From the NCBI GenBank assembly GCA_037447605.1, contig CM074809.1:2966689-3030688 (forward strand): DNA of 64,000 nucleotides, in the 5' to 3' direction. Positions 36,163 through 47,921 of this stretch are shown piece by piece (the stretch's first letter is position 1; each line of letters begins with the position of its first letter). This stretch comes from Zygnema circumcarinatum SAG 698-1b. Its lineage: Eukaryota; Plantae; Zygnematophyceae. The notes beneath the pieces are model-generated. The model did not search any database and was not told the DNA's origin. It saw only the letters and a list, made by a program, of their open reading frames with translations. The position numbers were made by a program, and so were the translations under genes.

Positions 36163-38961
36163 TCATCTACTTGAAGTGCCCACTCCCACTTCTGAGAGCT
36201 GCCCATTGATGGGAGGAAGCCCCCAAAGCTGCCAGACACTTCCCTCCTGGTCTGGAAAAATCTCTTCCACTGGTGGACTCGGAAGGTTGAGAGCAAATGG
36301 GTCCCCATCCCCTCCCACACATCCTCCTGCTAGCTCGAACATGCTTGAAGTCTCCCCTGCTGACTGATGATGGGACATCCCCTCTGCAGGGGAGCCGGTA
36401 AGGGATGGTTGCCCACCCACGTGAAAAGCTGGGGGATAGGGAGCTGGTGGGAGGTTATGCTGCTGTGGGAGACTGTGTGTGTCAGTGAGGGGAGGAGGGG
36501 GAGCAGTGCTCGTCCAGTGCATCTCTGATAGAGCGTCCAATGCTCGGATTGGATCCACTGCCACATCACCATTCCACGAAGAATATGCGGGCTCGCTGAA
36601 GCTGCGGGAGAGAGCAGTCTCTCCCTCCATGTCAGCCAAGTGCATGTTTTGCCTGTCCTCCTGATAGTGAGAGAGAAATGATCCGGACGCGCATCTGCTT
36701 GAGCCATCCACTCCTCCCGTCTGCCTCTCCGACCTCATCCGAACAGCTCCATCCTCCATGGCATGCCCCCCACTGCTCCCAATGCCCAGCCCTCCAAAGC
36801 TGCCATCTCCATAGCCAGTATGCATCCCGGGAAGCACAAGGGACTGCACATGCTGATCCGCTGGCCCATCCGTTGGCCCATCTCTATCCAGCCGTTGCCC
36901 CTGTCGGCTCAGCAGCTGAGACTCTCCCACTAGTTCAGCCTCAGATCTAAACCCCGAAGATGCCTGCGACCAGTTATGCGGAGGATACGTGTCATTTTTT
37001 GGCAATGGGCTTTGTACAGACATTTGTCCTCCATAGCCTTCCCCACCTCCTACATCCAAGATCACCGGGAACTCCTGTTCCTGCATTTGTGGGGGAGGGA
37101 GTCCATATCCTCCTTCCTGTGCCTCCACAGCATCCACCACCTCCTGATGAAGTTGAGTGCGAGCATCCGCAAAGCTCAGATTTGACCTTGGATCAGCAGT
37201 AGAGCTGCACCCTATTGCAGCAGGACCGGGTGGAGGAGGCTGGCTAGCATGGGCCCCCCAAAGTCCTCCCAAAGATTCAAAGTTGACGAATTTACAGGGA
37301 AGATTAGCAAACGCAGCGATCCCACTGCCACTGCCCTCATCCCTCCACAACTCCTCATCATCCTCTGCCGGGCCTCCTGATGTGACGCACCAGTGTGAAG
37401 ACTGCAGATTCTCTACTGTAAACTCAGCTATTCTGTCCAAAAGAGACGGCTTTTCCGAGAAGTTGAAAGGATTACCTCTCCATCCCCAACCTCTATGGCC
37501 CCCAGACTCTACAGAACTCAAGCTTTTCTTGGACACGTCACTGGAATCATGACTCCCTCCTAGTACAGCTCCACTCCCTGAAGGAGCCGAAATGACATCC
37601 CTTCCGCCTTCCCCTATGCCACTAAGGCCCTCTCTTGCATCTACTTCATTCGCAGGACCAGCAAGATCATTACGCAAAGGTCCCGCCTGCTGCAAGGCAT
37701 TCCCCTCTCCACTCTGCAGAAAAACATTACAGCCCTCCATTTCCGCAACCGAAGCTCCATCTGGCACTGTATGACAAACCATAGCAGCGCGAGATAGAGC
37801 CAGCTGTGCATTATTAGCTCGAATAACAGAGAGAGGCAAAACAGCCTCGCCATGGCGAGAGCGTCTTGAATGATTGATAGGCTTCTGCTGCGGGAAAGCA
37901 GTATTCTGAATATCTTCCAACGCTAGCACCTGACCGGTTCCCTGGGATTCCTCAAAAAAAGCCCGCTTCTGCTCCAACTCACCTCCAGATGCTACTACCA
38001 ATTTCCCTGGGGGCAAAACTAAGCGCATTCCTGTTCCTTGGCCGCCTATGCTGGCGCACATAGGAGCGGAGTTGACAGGCAAGCCAACATGCAAACCCGG
38101 AATGCTTCTATGTGGAGCCTCCCTATGTAGCGCCGGCGGCACGAATGTGGGCAGAACAAGGGCTGCAGGCATCCCAATGACATTGTGTTGCTGGAAAACA
38201 GGCACAGCGGGAATGCCGTGGACAACTTCTCTGAAAGAAGGCCGAGTTGCTTGAACATTCTCCGCTGCTTGAGAAGGCTCCGCTCCTCCCGCCTCTGCCC
38301 TCGCCCTCGCAGCAATCCATTCCCCCCTTACCTTTGATCTCCTCCTCCTCTGTCCCGGCATCACTCCCCCCATACTGCTGGGAAAGGCTCCTCCCATCGC
38401 CTGCTCCGTGCGAGGAGCAATAGCAGGGAAATTTGCAGAAGAGGATTGAGTCTTTCCGCCCGGCAGTGTAAAATTTGTGCGCGCATTTTCCCCTCTCAGA
38501 GTGCGAGCCGCCCGGTCATAAGCCACTGCAGCGGACCTTTCAGTATCAAATGTTCCAAGCCAGATGCGCACATTGTTCTGCGTGTCCTTGATTTCAGCAA
38601 TGAACTTCCCGCTGCGGGCGCGCACTCCGCGGTACTTGGCTCTACCTCTGGGAGTCCGGGTCTGCGCGGAACTCGGCGTCCCAAGGCGTTCCCCTTGCTC
38701 GTCCTCCACAGACATGTCTCTAAGGCCTTCCCCTCCCCCCCCATTGCTCCCTGGAGAAAGAGAAAAATGATGCGCCCCCTCGCAAGACACCCTGTCACTC
38801 CCTACCTCCGACGACTCTGCAGCCAGCTCTGAGGATTCCGTGTCTCCATCAGCTCTATAAGTTAGCGCGGAGGACCTGCTCTCTCCCCCGCCCAAAAATG
38901 AGCCAGATGTTTGCAAGGAGTCGTCCGTTTCCATGCTCACTGCAGTCTCCGCAGCTCCCAT
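36163..38961 (-). CDS. Large intronless AP2/ERF transcription factor (group V, RAP2.11/ERN-like), ~932 aa
   Basis: Single 2.8-kb ORF with the first ATG at 38961. AP2 domain [56 protein letters not shown] at 38470-38637. Confidence 0.88.
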   Translation of the reverse strand: MGAAETAVSMETDDSLQTSGSFLGGGESRSSALTYRADGDTESSELAAESSEVGSDRVSCEGAHHFSLSPGSNGGGGEGLRDMSVEDEQGERLGTPSSAQTRTPRGRAKYRGVRARSGKFIAEIKDTQNNVRIWLGTFDTERSAAVAYDRAARTLRGENARTNFTLPGGKTQSSSANFPAIAPRTEQAMGGAFPSSMGGVMPGQRRRRSKVRGEWIAARARAEAGGAEPSQAAENVQATRPSFREVVHGIPAVPVFQQHNVIGMPAALVLPTFVPPALHREAPHRSIPGLHVGLPVNSAPMCASIGGQGTGMRLVLPPGKLVVASGGELEQKRAFFEESQGTGQVLALEDIQNTAFPQQKPINHSRRSRHGEAVLPLSVIRANNAQLALSRAAMVCHTVPDGASVAEMEGCNVFLQSGEGNALQQAGPLRNDLAGPANEVDAREGLSGIGEGGRDVISAPSGSGAVLGGSHDSSDVSKKSLSSVESGGHRGWGWRGNPFNFSEKPSLLDRIAEFTVENLQSSHWCVTSGGPAEDDEELWRDEGSGSGIAAFANLPCKFVNFESLGGLWGAHASQPPPPGPAAIGCSSTADPRSNLSFADARTQLHQEVVDAVEAQEGGYGLPPPQMQEQEFPVILDVGGGEGYGGQMSVQSPLPKNDTYPPHNWSQASSGFRSEAELVGESQLLSRQGQRLDRDGPTDGPADQHVQSLVLPGMHTGYGDGSFGGLGIGSSGGHAMEDGAVRMRSERQTGGVDGSSRCASGSFLSHYQEDRQNMHLADMEGETALSRSFSEPAYSSWNGDVAVDPIRALDALSEMHWTSTAPPPPLTDTHSLPQQHNLPPAPYPPAFHVGGQPSLTGSPAEGMSHHQSAGETSSMFELAGGCVGGDGDPFALNLPSPPVEEIFPDQEGSVWQLWGLPPINGQLSEVGVGTSSR

Positions 38962-40749
38962 GGCTCCTTGAAGTACTTCCACAAGCCAGCTGCGGGGAGG
39001 CGCCCCTGGCAAAGGTGCTCTGTTAAGTATGACGGGGCTACGGCACGGTGCAGCGCTCGCCCGCGAGGCCTACCCATGCAGCGAGACACGCCTGCCCGCC
39101 TGCCCGCCTGTCCATCACTCTCCCCCTGGCCGGCCGAGACAGTGACGGCAGCGTGCTCCTCCGGCCCAGCCCGGGCCTGCGAGAGAGAGTGGGGGGGAGG
39201 GAGGGAGGGAGGGCGGGCGGGCGCAGCGGGCGCAGCGAGGGAGGAGCGGGCGCCACGTGTCGCGCCCTCCGCGAGCCACGTGAGCGCGCGCGGGGCGCGA
39301 CGCGGAGCGCGGAGGGGACTCCAGCGAGGGCGGGGCCGCCCCCCGGGTGGCCACCTCCCTGCGACTCCGTGCGACTTCGGGCGACGCCCTGCGACTGTGT
39401 ACGACTCGGGAAGGACCGGAGGGCCGGGGCAATGATGCCCCTGTCAGGGAGGCGATATTTTCCGGGCAAGTGACGTGGCGCCCTGTACGACCGGGACCGA
39501 CGGTCGCCGGGCAGCTGCGCGAAAAAAGGGTCCGAGAAGGACGGGGATCCGGGGGGCCACGTGCGGCGGGCAGCTTGGAAACGTTTCATCACACTGCCCG
39601 TCGGTTCGTACGCCACTGGACGTACGGTACGGCGCGACGCGGTACGGCGTCAGGAATGGAAAATCTTCCGCTGGGATCGCGCCCGTAGGGGGACGGCCAC
39701 GGGCCGAGGGCGGGCGGGCGGGTGACAGTTCTATGCGGCAGCTGTGGGCTCCGTGAAACGGGCAAGGGTCGGCAGTTATACGCACACTTCATGGAACGTT
39801 GGGGTCCAGTTGATTTCAAGCATTTGCACACGAGGTGGTAGGGCGAGGGCTGGTCAATCTTGGAAACATCGCAGGGGTTTCGCTTCGGGTTCGTTTCGGA
39901 AACAGTACGTTTTTGGTTTCTTTCCGAGGAGAAAATACGCTTGTTCCAAACTCGTTCGTCGATCAAGATTCAAGATTTGTAAGCTCGAATGTGGCAGACG
40001 CGATACGCGGTTTGTTCAAAACGCGATGCGTACATGTGCGAGTGACGGCTCCTCTAGCGAAACGAACGAGCATCCGCCATCTAGCTCGGCGTGCAGGTGC
40101 TTGTCCTCATGCACGGCGGCATGTGGTGATGATCACTTGAGTTCAGACCGGCTGTTTTTGAAGAAGTCGTGTTGCCAGGCCTGCAAACAGAGTCCTGCTC
40201 CGCATACGGCATGGATGGAGGCCGCACAGCCCATCCCGCCCAGCCCCAGCTGCCCGCCAAACGGAGCAGTCTGTCCGGTCCAGCGGCGAACTGCGCAGAA
40301 GCTCCCGCACCTCACGTTCTTTGCGTCAAGGAACACCTGCTTTTTTGCCGACAACTTCGGTCGGTGCCGGGCCGGCCCGAATCCTACGCCGGGCCGCCGG
40401 GCGGGCCGCCGGGCGGGCCGCCGCGAGCCCGGCCGCCCGGGCGCAACGCTTGGCTTGCAGGCGGCGGCGGGCGGTCGGATCGCATCGCATCGCATCGCAT
40501 CGCATCGCAGGGCGATGGCGATGGCGGCCTCTGAGCAACCGGGAAAGAATTGTTGGTGCTGCAAAAATGGGACGGAAAGTTTGGACGCTGACGACCACCC
40601 TATTCACTGACACTGACGTTGGGCCGAGAAAATTGGTTTTTGGGGGCGTTTTCAAGGTGGACCTCGATGTGGACCGGATCAACCTGCGGAAAACGACAAA
40701 TCGTATGTTCCGTACAGATTTGACGAATCGTAAAGGGGGCAGTTTCATA

Positions 40750-42151
40750 CGGTAAAACCGAACAGGTTGACAAAAAAAAAAAAATTGGGGGAAACTGACA
40801 AATCCACCCCTTTTTTGGATCGACACACACCTTTTTCACCAGGCAGATTTTAAAATCGACGAAAAAGGTTCAAAAAAGGAAATTGTTTTTGGGTAGTGAT
40901 ATTTCCACCCCTTTTTTGGATCCAAACACCCCTTCCCGGCCGGGCAGATTTCAAAAAGGATTAAAAACGGAAAATGCTTTTTTCACACCTTTTTGGAATC
41001 GATACCACCCTCCATCAGCAGATTTTATTTCTGCGAAACAAGGAAAATGATAACCCGTCGACCCATTTGAATATCCCGCCTACCTGAGTTTTTTTTCACG
41101 CGTGCGGTCAATCGCAGCCGTCGATTCCCTCGCAGATCGCAACACGGCAGATCACTATTTGATCGGCAGCCGGGCTCGGTCACAGCGCATGGCACGTGCC
41201 CACGTATCCCGCCAAAGTCCTCTCAAACGTTTCTCCGTACAAATGTCGTACGGTCGCAACTTGAGGAACCCAAAATTTCGTACATTGAGATCTTCGACCA
41301 ATCAAAATTTTCCACGTCAAAATTGTAACACGTGGCAGATGTTGATTGGCTGGGAGCTAACAATATGCAAGATCTCGGGCCGAAGGACGCGCGCACTCGC
41401 AGGTGCGATTTGGCTTTGACGGGACTCGTGGGCGCTTTCCATTCGCTAAGATCGAGCCCGGCTGCAGATCGAACGGTGATCTGCAGTGGTGTGATCTGCG
41501 AGGGAAATCGACAGCTGCGATTGACACACACGTGTAAAGGACGGACACCCGCGAACGATCTCGTGGCGGACGGATCTTCCGCTCCGAGCGGATTCGGGCA
41601 GGCAGATATTTCTTTCCCTCAAAAAAATAATTCAGGGAGGCGGGATACAGTATTCAAAATGCGGTGACGGGGTATCATTTTCCTTGGTTAGCAAAAATAA
41701 AATCATCCGACGGAAGAAGGTGGGTATCGATTCCAAAAAGGTCTGAAAAAAGCATTTTCTGTTTTTAATCCCTTTTAAAATCTGCCCGGCCGGGAAGGGG
41801 TGTTTGGATCCAAAAAAGGGGTGGAAATATCACTACCCTTGTTTTTTACGCACCTATTTTGGATCGATGCACACCTTTTTCCGTCGGGCAGATTTTATTT
41901 TACCCAAAAAAGGGATCATCCAAAATTGGGGGGACGGGGGCGAAGTATCATTTGACAAAGAAAATCTGCAAGACGGAAAGTGGTGTGTATCGATCGAAAG
42001 AAGGTGAACAAAAATTCCGTTGTAATACCTTTCTGTCGATTTCAAAATCTGCCCGGTGAAAAAAGTGTGTGTGGATCCAAAAAAAGGGTGGATTTATCAG
42101 TTTCCTTCAGTAAACTCGTTTCTCATTTTCCCAACCTGTTTGGTTTTACGG
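40750..42151. mobile_element. Outer non-autonomous TIR element (TA-flanked, CCGTA/CGGTA termini; Tc1/mariner-pogo-like) interrupted by a nested foldback element
   Basis: Left end TA|CGGTAAAACCGAACAGGTTG; right end reverse-complements to TA|CCGTAAAACCAAACAGGTTG. A second inverted block, GGAAACTGAyAAATCCACCC..GGCAGATTTT, begins at 40790 and ends at 42105. Confidence 0.65.
40891..41838. mobile_element. Foldback / MULE-like non-autonomous element, copy 1 (948 bp)
   Basis: Termini GGGTAGTGATATTTCCACCCC at both ends. Imperfect inverted arms of ~330 bp. 8-bp TSD TTGTTTTT. A second copy lies at 49823-50763. Confidence 0.9.
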
Positions 42152-43189
42152 TAGCCTGACTTTCTCCAACAACTTTCCACTTTGCTGACGTGGTTCAACT
42201 TTGATGACGTAATCTCGCGCGTGGGAACAGTTGAATTTGGGCCCCGTGGACGGTGAATCAATGAATGCATTCGCTTCTCGAATTCAGGTTTCGCCTTCGT
42301 ACCCGAATAGGAAAATGGGGTAAACCAACAAATTTAAACTACTTCAATGCCGCGACGCGGCGCTTTGTTCGTTATTTTGTCACGAAGCGTCACGTGGCCG
42401 TCACGTCCCACCCTCCCCCCTGACGCTAGCGAGGCGCCGCGCCGCCGGCTTCCCTCCGCGGTCGTGTCGGTTCGCACGTGTGGGAAGGCGGGCGGGCGGC
42501 TGGGGACCGGCCCGCCGGCAGGCGCAAGCGTCCAAGTGTGGTCGGTGCTTGCCGCCACAAAAGTCGGGCAGCCGGGCATCCGGCTGAAAAAAAACAAAGC
42601 AAAAAACAAAAAAGAAAGAAAAAGAAAACTCTCTAGCAGCTCTGCAGAAAAAAATCAAGAAGAAAAACGATGAAACAATCGATGAAGCAGGTCGGTCAAC
42701 CACGCTCCCTGAAAATAGCGCCTTAACGCTTGCAAGCGCCCAAGATGTCACGGCGTCCTCTGCTGTCGCTGTTGCAGTTGCCCTTGAGAGTGCATCGGAC
42801 GGCCGGCAGGTCGTGAGGCGTAGTTTTGAAAGAACGGTTACCGTTCGAGGGAGTCGCAGATCCAAAAGCTGACGGCATCGATCGCTACACATTTCACCGC
42901 ATTTGCTCTCGTCGCAAGCGACAATAGGTCGGATGCTGCGTTCGGTCCGTACGGTACTAGAGGCGAACGTGCGTGGCGTAGCCGCCCGGTCGCGCGAGGC
43001 GGCCCGGGGGGGCGTCCGTACAGCCACCACTTGCGGCCGTGCGCGCCCAGTACGGCACCTGGTCGGCGCCGTCGGCCGCGGCTGGAAGTACGGACCAGAA
43101 CGGACGCTTGCTTGTACGGCGCCGCTCGGTGAGCCACGCGTCGCGTTTTCGCGCGTGCGCGAGCGCCGACCGTGCGCAGGCCCTCCCCC

Positions 43190-45780
43190 TCGGGCCCCTC
43201 CCCTACCCCTGGGTCCCCTTCGTCCCCTCCCCCACCCCTGTCCACTACCTCCCTCCCCTTCCCTCCCCCGAGTGCCCTTCCTCCCTCCCCTCCCCCCACC
43301 CCTGTCCCCTCCCTCCCTCCCTCCCCTCCCCTCCCCCGAGTGCCCTCCCTCACTCCCTTCCCCCACCCTTGAGTCCCCTCCCTCCCCTCCCCTCCTTCGA
43401 GTGCCCTCCTCCCTCCCTCCCTCCCTCCCTCCTTCGAGTGCTCCCTCCCTCCTCTCCCTCCCTCCCTCCTTCGAGTGCTCCCTCCCTCCCTCCCTCCCTC
43501 CCTCCCCGAGTGCCCTCCCTCCCTCCCTTCCCTTGAGTCCTCTTCCGCCCTCCCCTCAACTCCCCCTGAGCCCCCTTCCTCTCTCCCCTCCCCTCCCCCG
43601 AGTGCTCTCCCTCCCTCACCTCCCCCCACCCCTGAGTCCCCTCCCTACCTCCCCTCCCCTCCTTCGAGTGGCCTCCCTCCCTCCCCTTCCCCCACCCCTG
43701 AGTCCCCTCCCTCCCTCCCCTCCCCTTCCCCGAGTGCCCTCCCTCCCTCCCTCCCTTCCCCTGAGTCCTCTCCCGCCCGCCCCTCCCCTCCCCTGAGTCC
43801 CTCCCTCCCTCCCCTCCCCTACTCCTGAGAGCCCTCCCTCCCTTCCCTCCCCTCCCCTCCCCCGAGTGCCCTCCCTCCCTACCCTCCCCCATCCCCTGAG
43901 TCCCCTCTCTCCCTCCTCTCCCCTCCACCGAGTGTCCTCCCTCCTCTCCCCTGGGTCCCCTCCCTCCCTCCTCTCCCCTCTCCCAAGTTCCCTCCCTCCC
44001 TCCCCTCCTCTCCCCGATTCCCCTCCCTCCCATCCCTTCCCCTCCCCTGAGTCCCCTCCCTCCCCTCCCTTCTCCTTCCCTGAGTCCTCGCCCTCCCTCC
44101 CCTCCCCTACCCCAAGTCGTCTCCCTCTCCCTCCCTCCCTCCCCTCCCTCCCTCCCCTGAGTGGCCTCCCTTCCTCCCCCGAGCCCCTCCCTCCCCTCCC
44201 TTCCCCTCCCCTGAGTCCTCTCCCTCGCTCCCCTCAACTCCCCTGAGTCCCCTACCTCCCCTCCCCTCCCCTCCTCTCCCTCCCTCCCTGTCCTCTCCCT
44301 CCCTCCCTCCCTCCCTCCCCTACCCCGAGTCTCCTCCCTCCCTCCCTCCCCTCCCCTACCCCGAGTCTCCTCCCTCCCTCCCCTCCCTCCCCTACCCCGA
44401 GTCTCCTCCCTCCCTCCCTCCCCTGAGTCCCTCCCCTCCCTCCCTTCCCTCCCCTCCCTTCCCTCCCCTCCCTTCCCTTCCCTCCCCTTCCCTCCCTCCC
44501 TTCCCTCCCTCCCTTCCCTCCCTCCCTTCCCTCCCTTCCCTCCCCTCCCTTCCCTCCCTTCCCTCCCCTCCCTTCCCTCCCCTCCCTTCCCTCCCTCCCT
44601 TCCTCCCTCCCTCCCCGAGTGCCCTCCCTCCCTACCCTCCCCCATCCCCTGAGTCCCTCCCTACCTCCCTCCCTCCTTCGAGTGGCCTCCCTCCCTCCCT
44701 TCCCCCACCCCTGGGTCCCTCCCCTCCCTCCCTCCCTTCCCCGAGTGCCCTCCCTCCCTCCTCTCCCCTGGGTCCCTCCCCTCCCTCCTCCCTCCTCTCC
44801 CCTGGGTCCCTCCCCTCCCTCCCTCCCTTCCTCCCCCGAGCCCCTCCCTCCCTCCCTTCCCTCCCCTCCCTCCTCTCCCCTGGGTCCCTCCCCTCCCTCC
44901 CTACCCTCCCCCATCCCCTGAGTCCCCTCTCTCCCTCCTCTCCCCTCCACCGAGTGTCCTCCCTCCTCTCCCCTGGGTCCCCTCCCTCCCTCCTCTCCCC
45001 TCTCCCAAGTTCCTCCCTCCCTCCCTCCCTCCCTCCCTCCCCGAGTGCCCTTCCTCCCTCCCTCCCTCCCTCCTCTCCCCTGGGTCCCTCCCCTCCCTCC
45101 TCCTCCCTCCTCTCCCCTCTCCCAAGTTCCCTCCCTCCCTCCCCTCCTCTCCCCCGATTCCCCTCCCTCCCATCCCTTCCCCTCCCCTGAGTCCCCTCCC
45201 TCCCCTCCCTTCTCCTTCCCTGAGTCCTCGCCCTCCCTCCCCTCCCCTACCCCAAGTCGTCTCCCTCTCCCTCCCTCCCTCCCCTCCCTCCCTCCCCTGA
45301 GTGGCCTCCCTTCCTCCCCCGAGCCCCTCCCCTCCCCTCCCTTCCCTCCCCTGAGTCCTCTCCCTCGCTCCCCTCAACTCCCCTGAGTCCCTCCCTCCCT
45401 CCCTCCTCTCCCTCCTCCTTCCCTCCCCTCCCTCCCTCCCCTACCCCGAGTCTCCTCCCTCCCTCCCTCCCCTCCCCTACCCCGAGTCTCCTCCCTCCCT
45501 CCCCTCCCTCCCCTACCCCGAGTCTCCTCCCTCCCTCCCTCCCTCCCTCCCCTACCCCGAGTCTCTCTCCCTCTCCCCTCCCTTCCCCTCCCCTCCCTTC
45601 CCCTCCCTTCCCTTCCCTCCCCTCCCTTCCCTCCCCTCCCTTCCCTCCCTCCCTTCCTCCCTCCCTCCCCTCCCTTCCCTCCCCTCCCTTCCCTCCCTTC
45701 CCTCCCTCCCTTCCCTCCCTCCCTTCCCTCCCCTTCCCTCCCCTCCCCTCCCTCCCTTAAGTGGCCTTTCTCCCTCCCCT
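43190..45780. repeat. 2.6-kb polypyrimidine (CCCT/CCCTT) higher-order repeat with periodic GAGT islands
   Basis: Plus strand is almost purely C/T with recurrent ccctGAGTccc/ccccGAGTgccc. Block ~43860-44610 is duplicated at ~44890-45755. Confidence 0.9.
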
Positions 45781-46677
45781 GATTTCGCTGCGGACCAAAA
45801 TCTCGCGGGCGCGCTCCACGTCACGCTGTCGGCTCCCACCTGCTGTCGCGGCCACTCACCTCGCTCCACGTGTCGCGTCCTTGCATCTACTGTACAATCA
45901 ATTCCCAGCCGTACAAATGTGAATCTGCGACTATTCGTAAATATTGCAGCACTAGAACATGAAACGAAGCACCACAACAAAGCGGGGGGGTGTGGCATTG
46001 CGCATTGACCGCAACAGCCGTTGCACCGCGCCCTTACCGTACAGCACAGAGGTCCCTTCCAAGCCCATGAGAAATTGGCCCCACTCCTCGTTACAAGGTG
46101 TCGCGCGTGCGACATATTCCCGAATGTGCTGCAACGTTTGCCCGGCGCATGCGTGGGGGTTGACAGATGGAGGTAGAGCCCTCACTGATTTTATGAGTTG
46201 GCCATCATGCGATCCATACCATTCTTCCTCGTGCATCCTCCACCTCTTATGCTTCCCGACTACCATGTGCCCCCTTTGCACTCCAACATTTCACAAGCAG
46301 GCAGTCCTATGCGGGCCACGTTCGTTGCCGCACATGTCACAGTCTAGGGCGTAGTCCACTATTCACGTGTATGCGCACCGCTTGGCGCAACTCTACAGTG
46401 AAATCCCTTATTCTTGTTGGGTGCCAGCGCCGCTAGGCCTTGCCGACGCCGGGAGCTCGCATGTCACTCCCGTGTGCCTCTACGCCAGCCCTCCGTCCAC
46501 AACAACATGAACCCCTCCCTCTAGCGCATGCCCCTTTCCAACCTCTACCGTACACCTCCCCCCCCCGCCCAGCGTCCACGCCCGCCGGTTGCCCCCCTGG
46601 CCCCGCCTGCCAGCCAGGTTCCCCCCCCCCTGGACGGGCGGCTCTGGAACCTTCCTTCCCTCCCTCCCTCCGGGAGC

Positions 46678-46864
46678 GGCCACCGCGCCTACCCGCCGAC
46701 AGGCTCTCGCGCTGCGCCGTCCGCGCGCCACGTCGCGCTCGCGCGCCGCGGAGGATTCTCCGCCAAGCGGCCGCGCGGCCACGCAGGAGCCCTCTGCGCG
46801 CGCCCTCGCACGTGCGGGCCCGCTCCCGCGCTCAGGGAACCGGGCCTCCAGCAGCTCCTATAAA
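46678..46864 (+). promoter_or_regulatory. ELIP proximal promoter: GCCAC (SORLIP1-like) motifs, G-box and TATA box
   Basis: GCCAC at ~46679, 46726 and 46778; CACGTG at 46809-46814; TATAAA at 46859-46864, ~130 bp before the ATG. Confidence 0.6.
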
Positions 46865-46989
46865 GTGCGCCTCCGCTCATGAATTGAGTATCCGCAGCTT
46901 CAGCTTCCAGTCTTCGCTGCCTCTCACTTTCAAACCATATCATCTTCTTCAAGTTCAGCCTCGACCTCTCCGAAAGCTCATCGTCTGCA

Positions 46990-47921
46990 ATGGCAACCAT
47001 GGCTGCAATGGTGAACTGCTCCGCCAAGGGCCTGTCTGCCCTGGCGCCAAGCACTGCTTTCAAGGCTTCCGTGACAGCCCGCGGGATCGCCATGGCTCCT
47101 CTGAAGCTGAGCAGGAAGGCCGGATTTCGCTGCGAGGCGAAGGTGAAGATTCTGCCTTCATTGTTGCCAGTCGTGCATGTTGTAATTGCCGACATTCCCT
47201 TTCTGCAATTATTGGTTGGTTGTGGAATTGTGATGTGACACCGGGAAAGTCGACTCAACTGTCGCAATTCTGTTGTGGTTCAGTTGACTGTTCCTTCGCT
47301 TTGAGTTAGGATGCTGACTATTGCCTCTCGTTTGTTCGCCGCAGCCCGAGGAGGCTTCTACCACCCCTCCGGCCCCCGCCGTGACCCCTACTCCAGTGGT
47401 CAGCACACCTCCTCCTGTTAAGAAGGTGAGTTACTATGTCTAAGCTTGCTTGAAAAATTCAATGTGTCTTTTGTTGCGAAGCTTGGAGACTCAGATTTAT
47501 AGCCCAGTCTTAATGGCATGTTACTTCTGATATCGGTATTCTGACCCTTCATCACCTCATCATGTCTGAAATATTGCAGACCACAGTGATGGATGTGTTC
47601 TCCTTCGCCGGCTCTGGCCCGGAGACCATCAATGGCCGCCTCGCCATGCTCGGCTTCGTCGCCGCCCTGGCAGTGGAGGTCGCGACGGGTGCGCCCCTTA
47701 GCCGGCAGCTCGCGGACAACGGCTCCCTCAGCTGGTTCTTCTTCACCGCCTCCCTCTTCTCCGCCGCCTCCCTCGTCCCCCTCTTCCAGGGCATCACTCC
47801 CGCCAGTAAGTCCGGCGGCCTCTTCACCTCCAAGGCGGAGATGTGGAACGGAAGGGCGGCCATGCTCGGCCTTGTCGCGTTAGCAATCACCGAGTATGTT
47901 AAGGGAACTCCCCTCGTCTAG
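46990..47921 (+). CDS. ELIP: Early light-induced protein (LHC superfamily), 3 exons
   Basis: Transit peptide ending RCEAK. Exons 46990-47142, 47345-47425, 47580-47921. LHC motifs FAGSGPETINGRLAMLGF and AEMWNGRAAMLGLVALAITEY. Confidence 0.95.

Noticed and set aside
39744-40755. 288-aa and overlapping GC-rich ORFs with (CGCAT)n and GCCGGGCG repeats
   Set aside because: GC-rich low-complexity sequence open in multiple frames with no motif; possibly a TE remnant.
42838-45760. Long Pro/Ser/Leu-rich (extensin-like) and Gly/Arg/Glu-rich ORFs
   Set aside because: They are open in several frames on both strands simply because the C/T tract cannot encode stops. There is no signal peptide, credible start or splice structure.
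45952-46354. Overlapping 109-aa and 131-aa ORFs upstream of ELIP
   Set aside because: No recognisable domain or splice partners; cannot be supported as genes.
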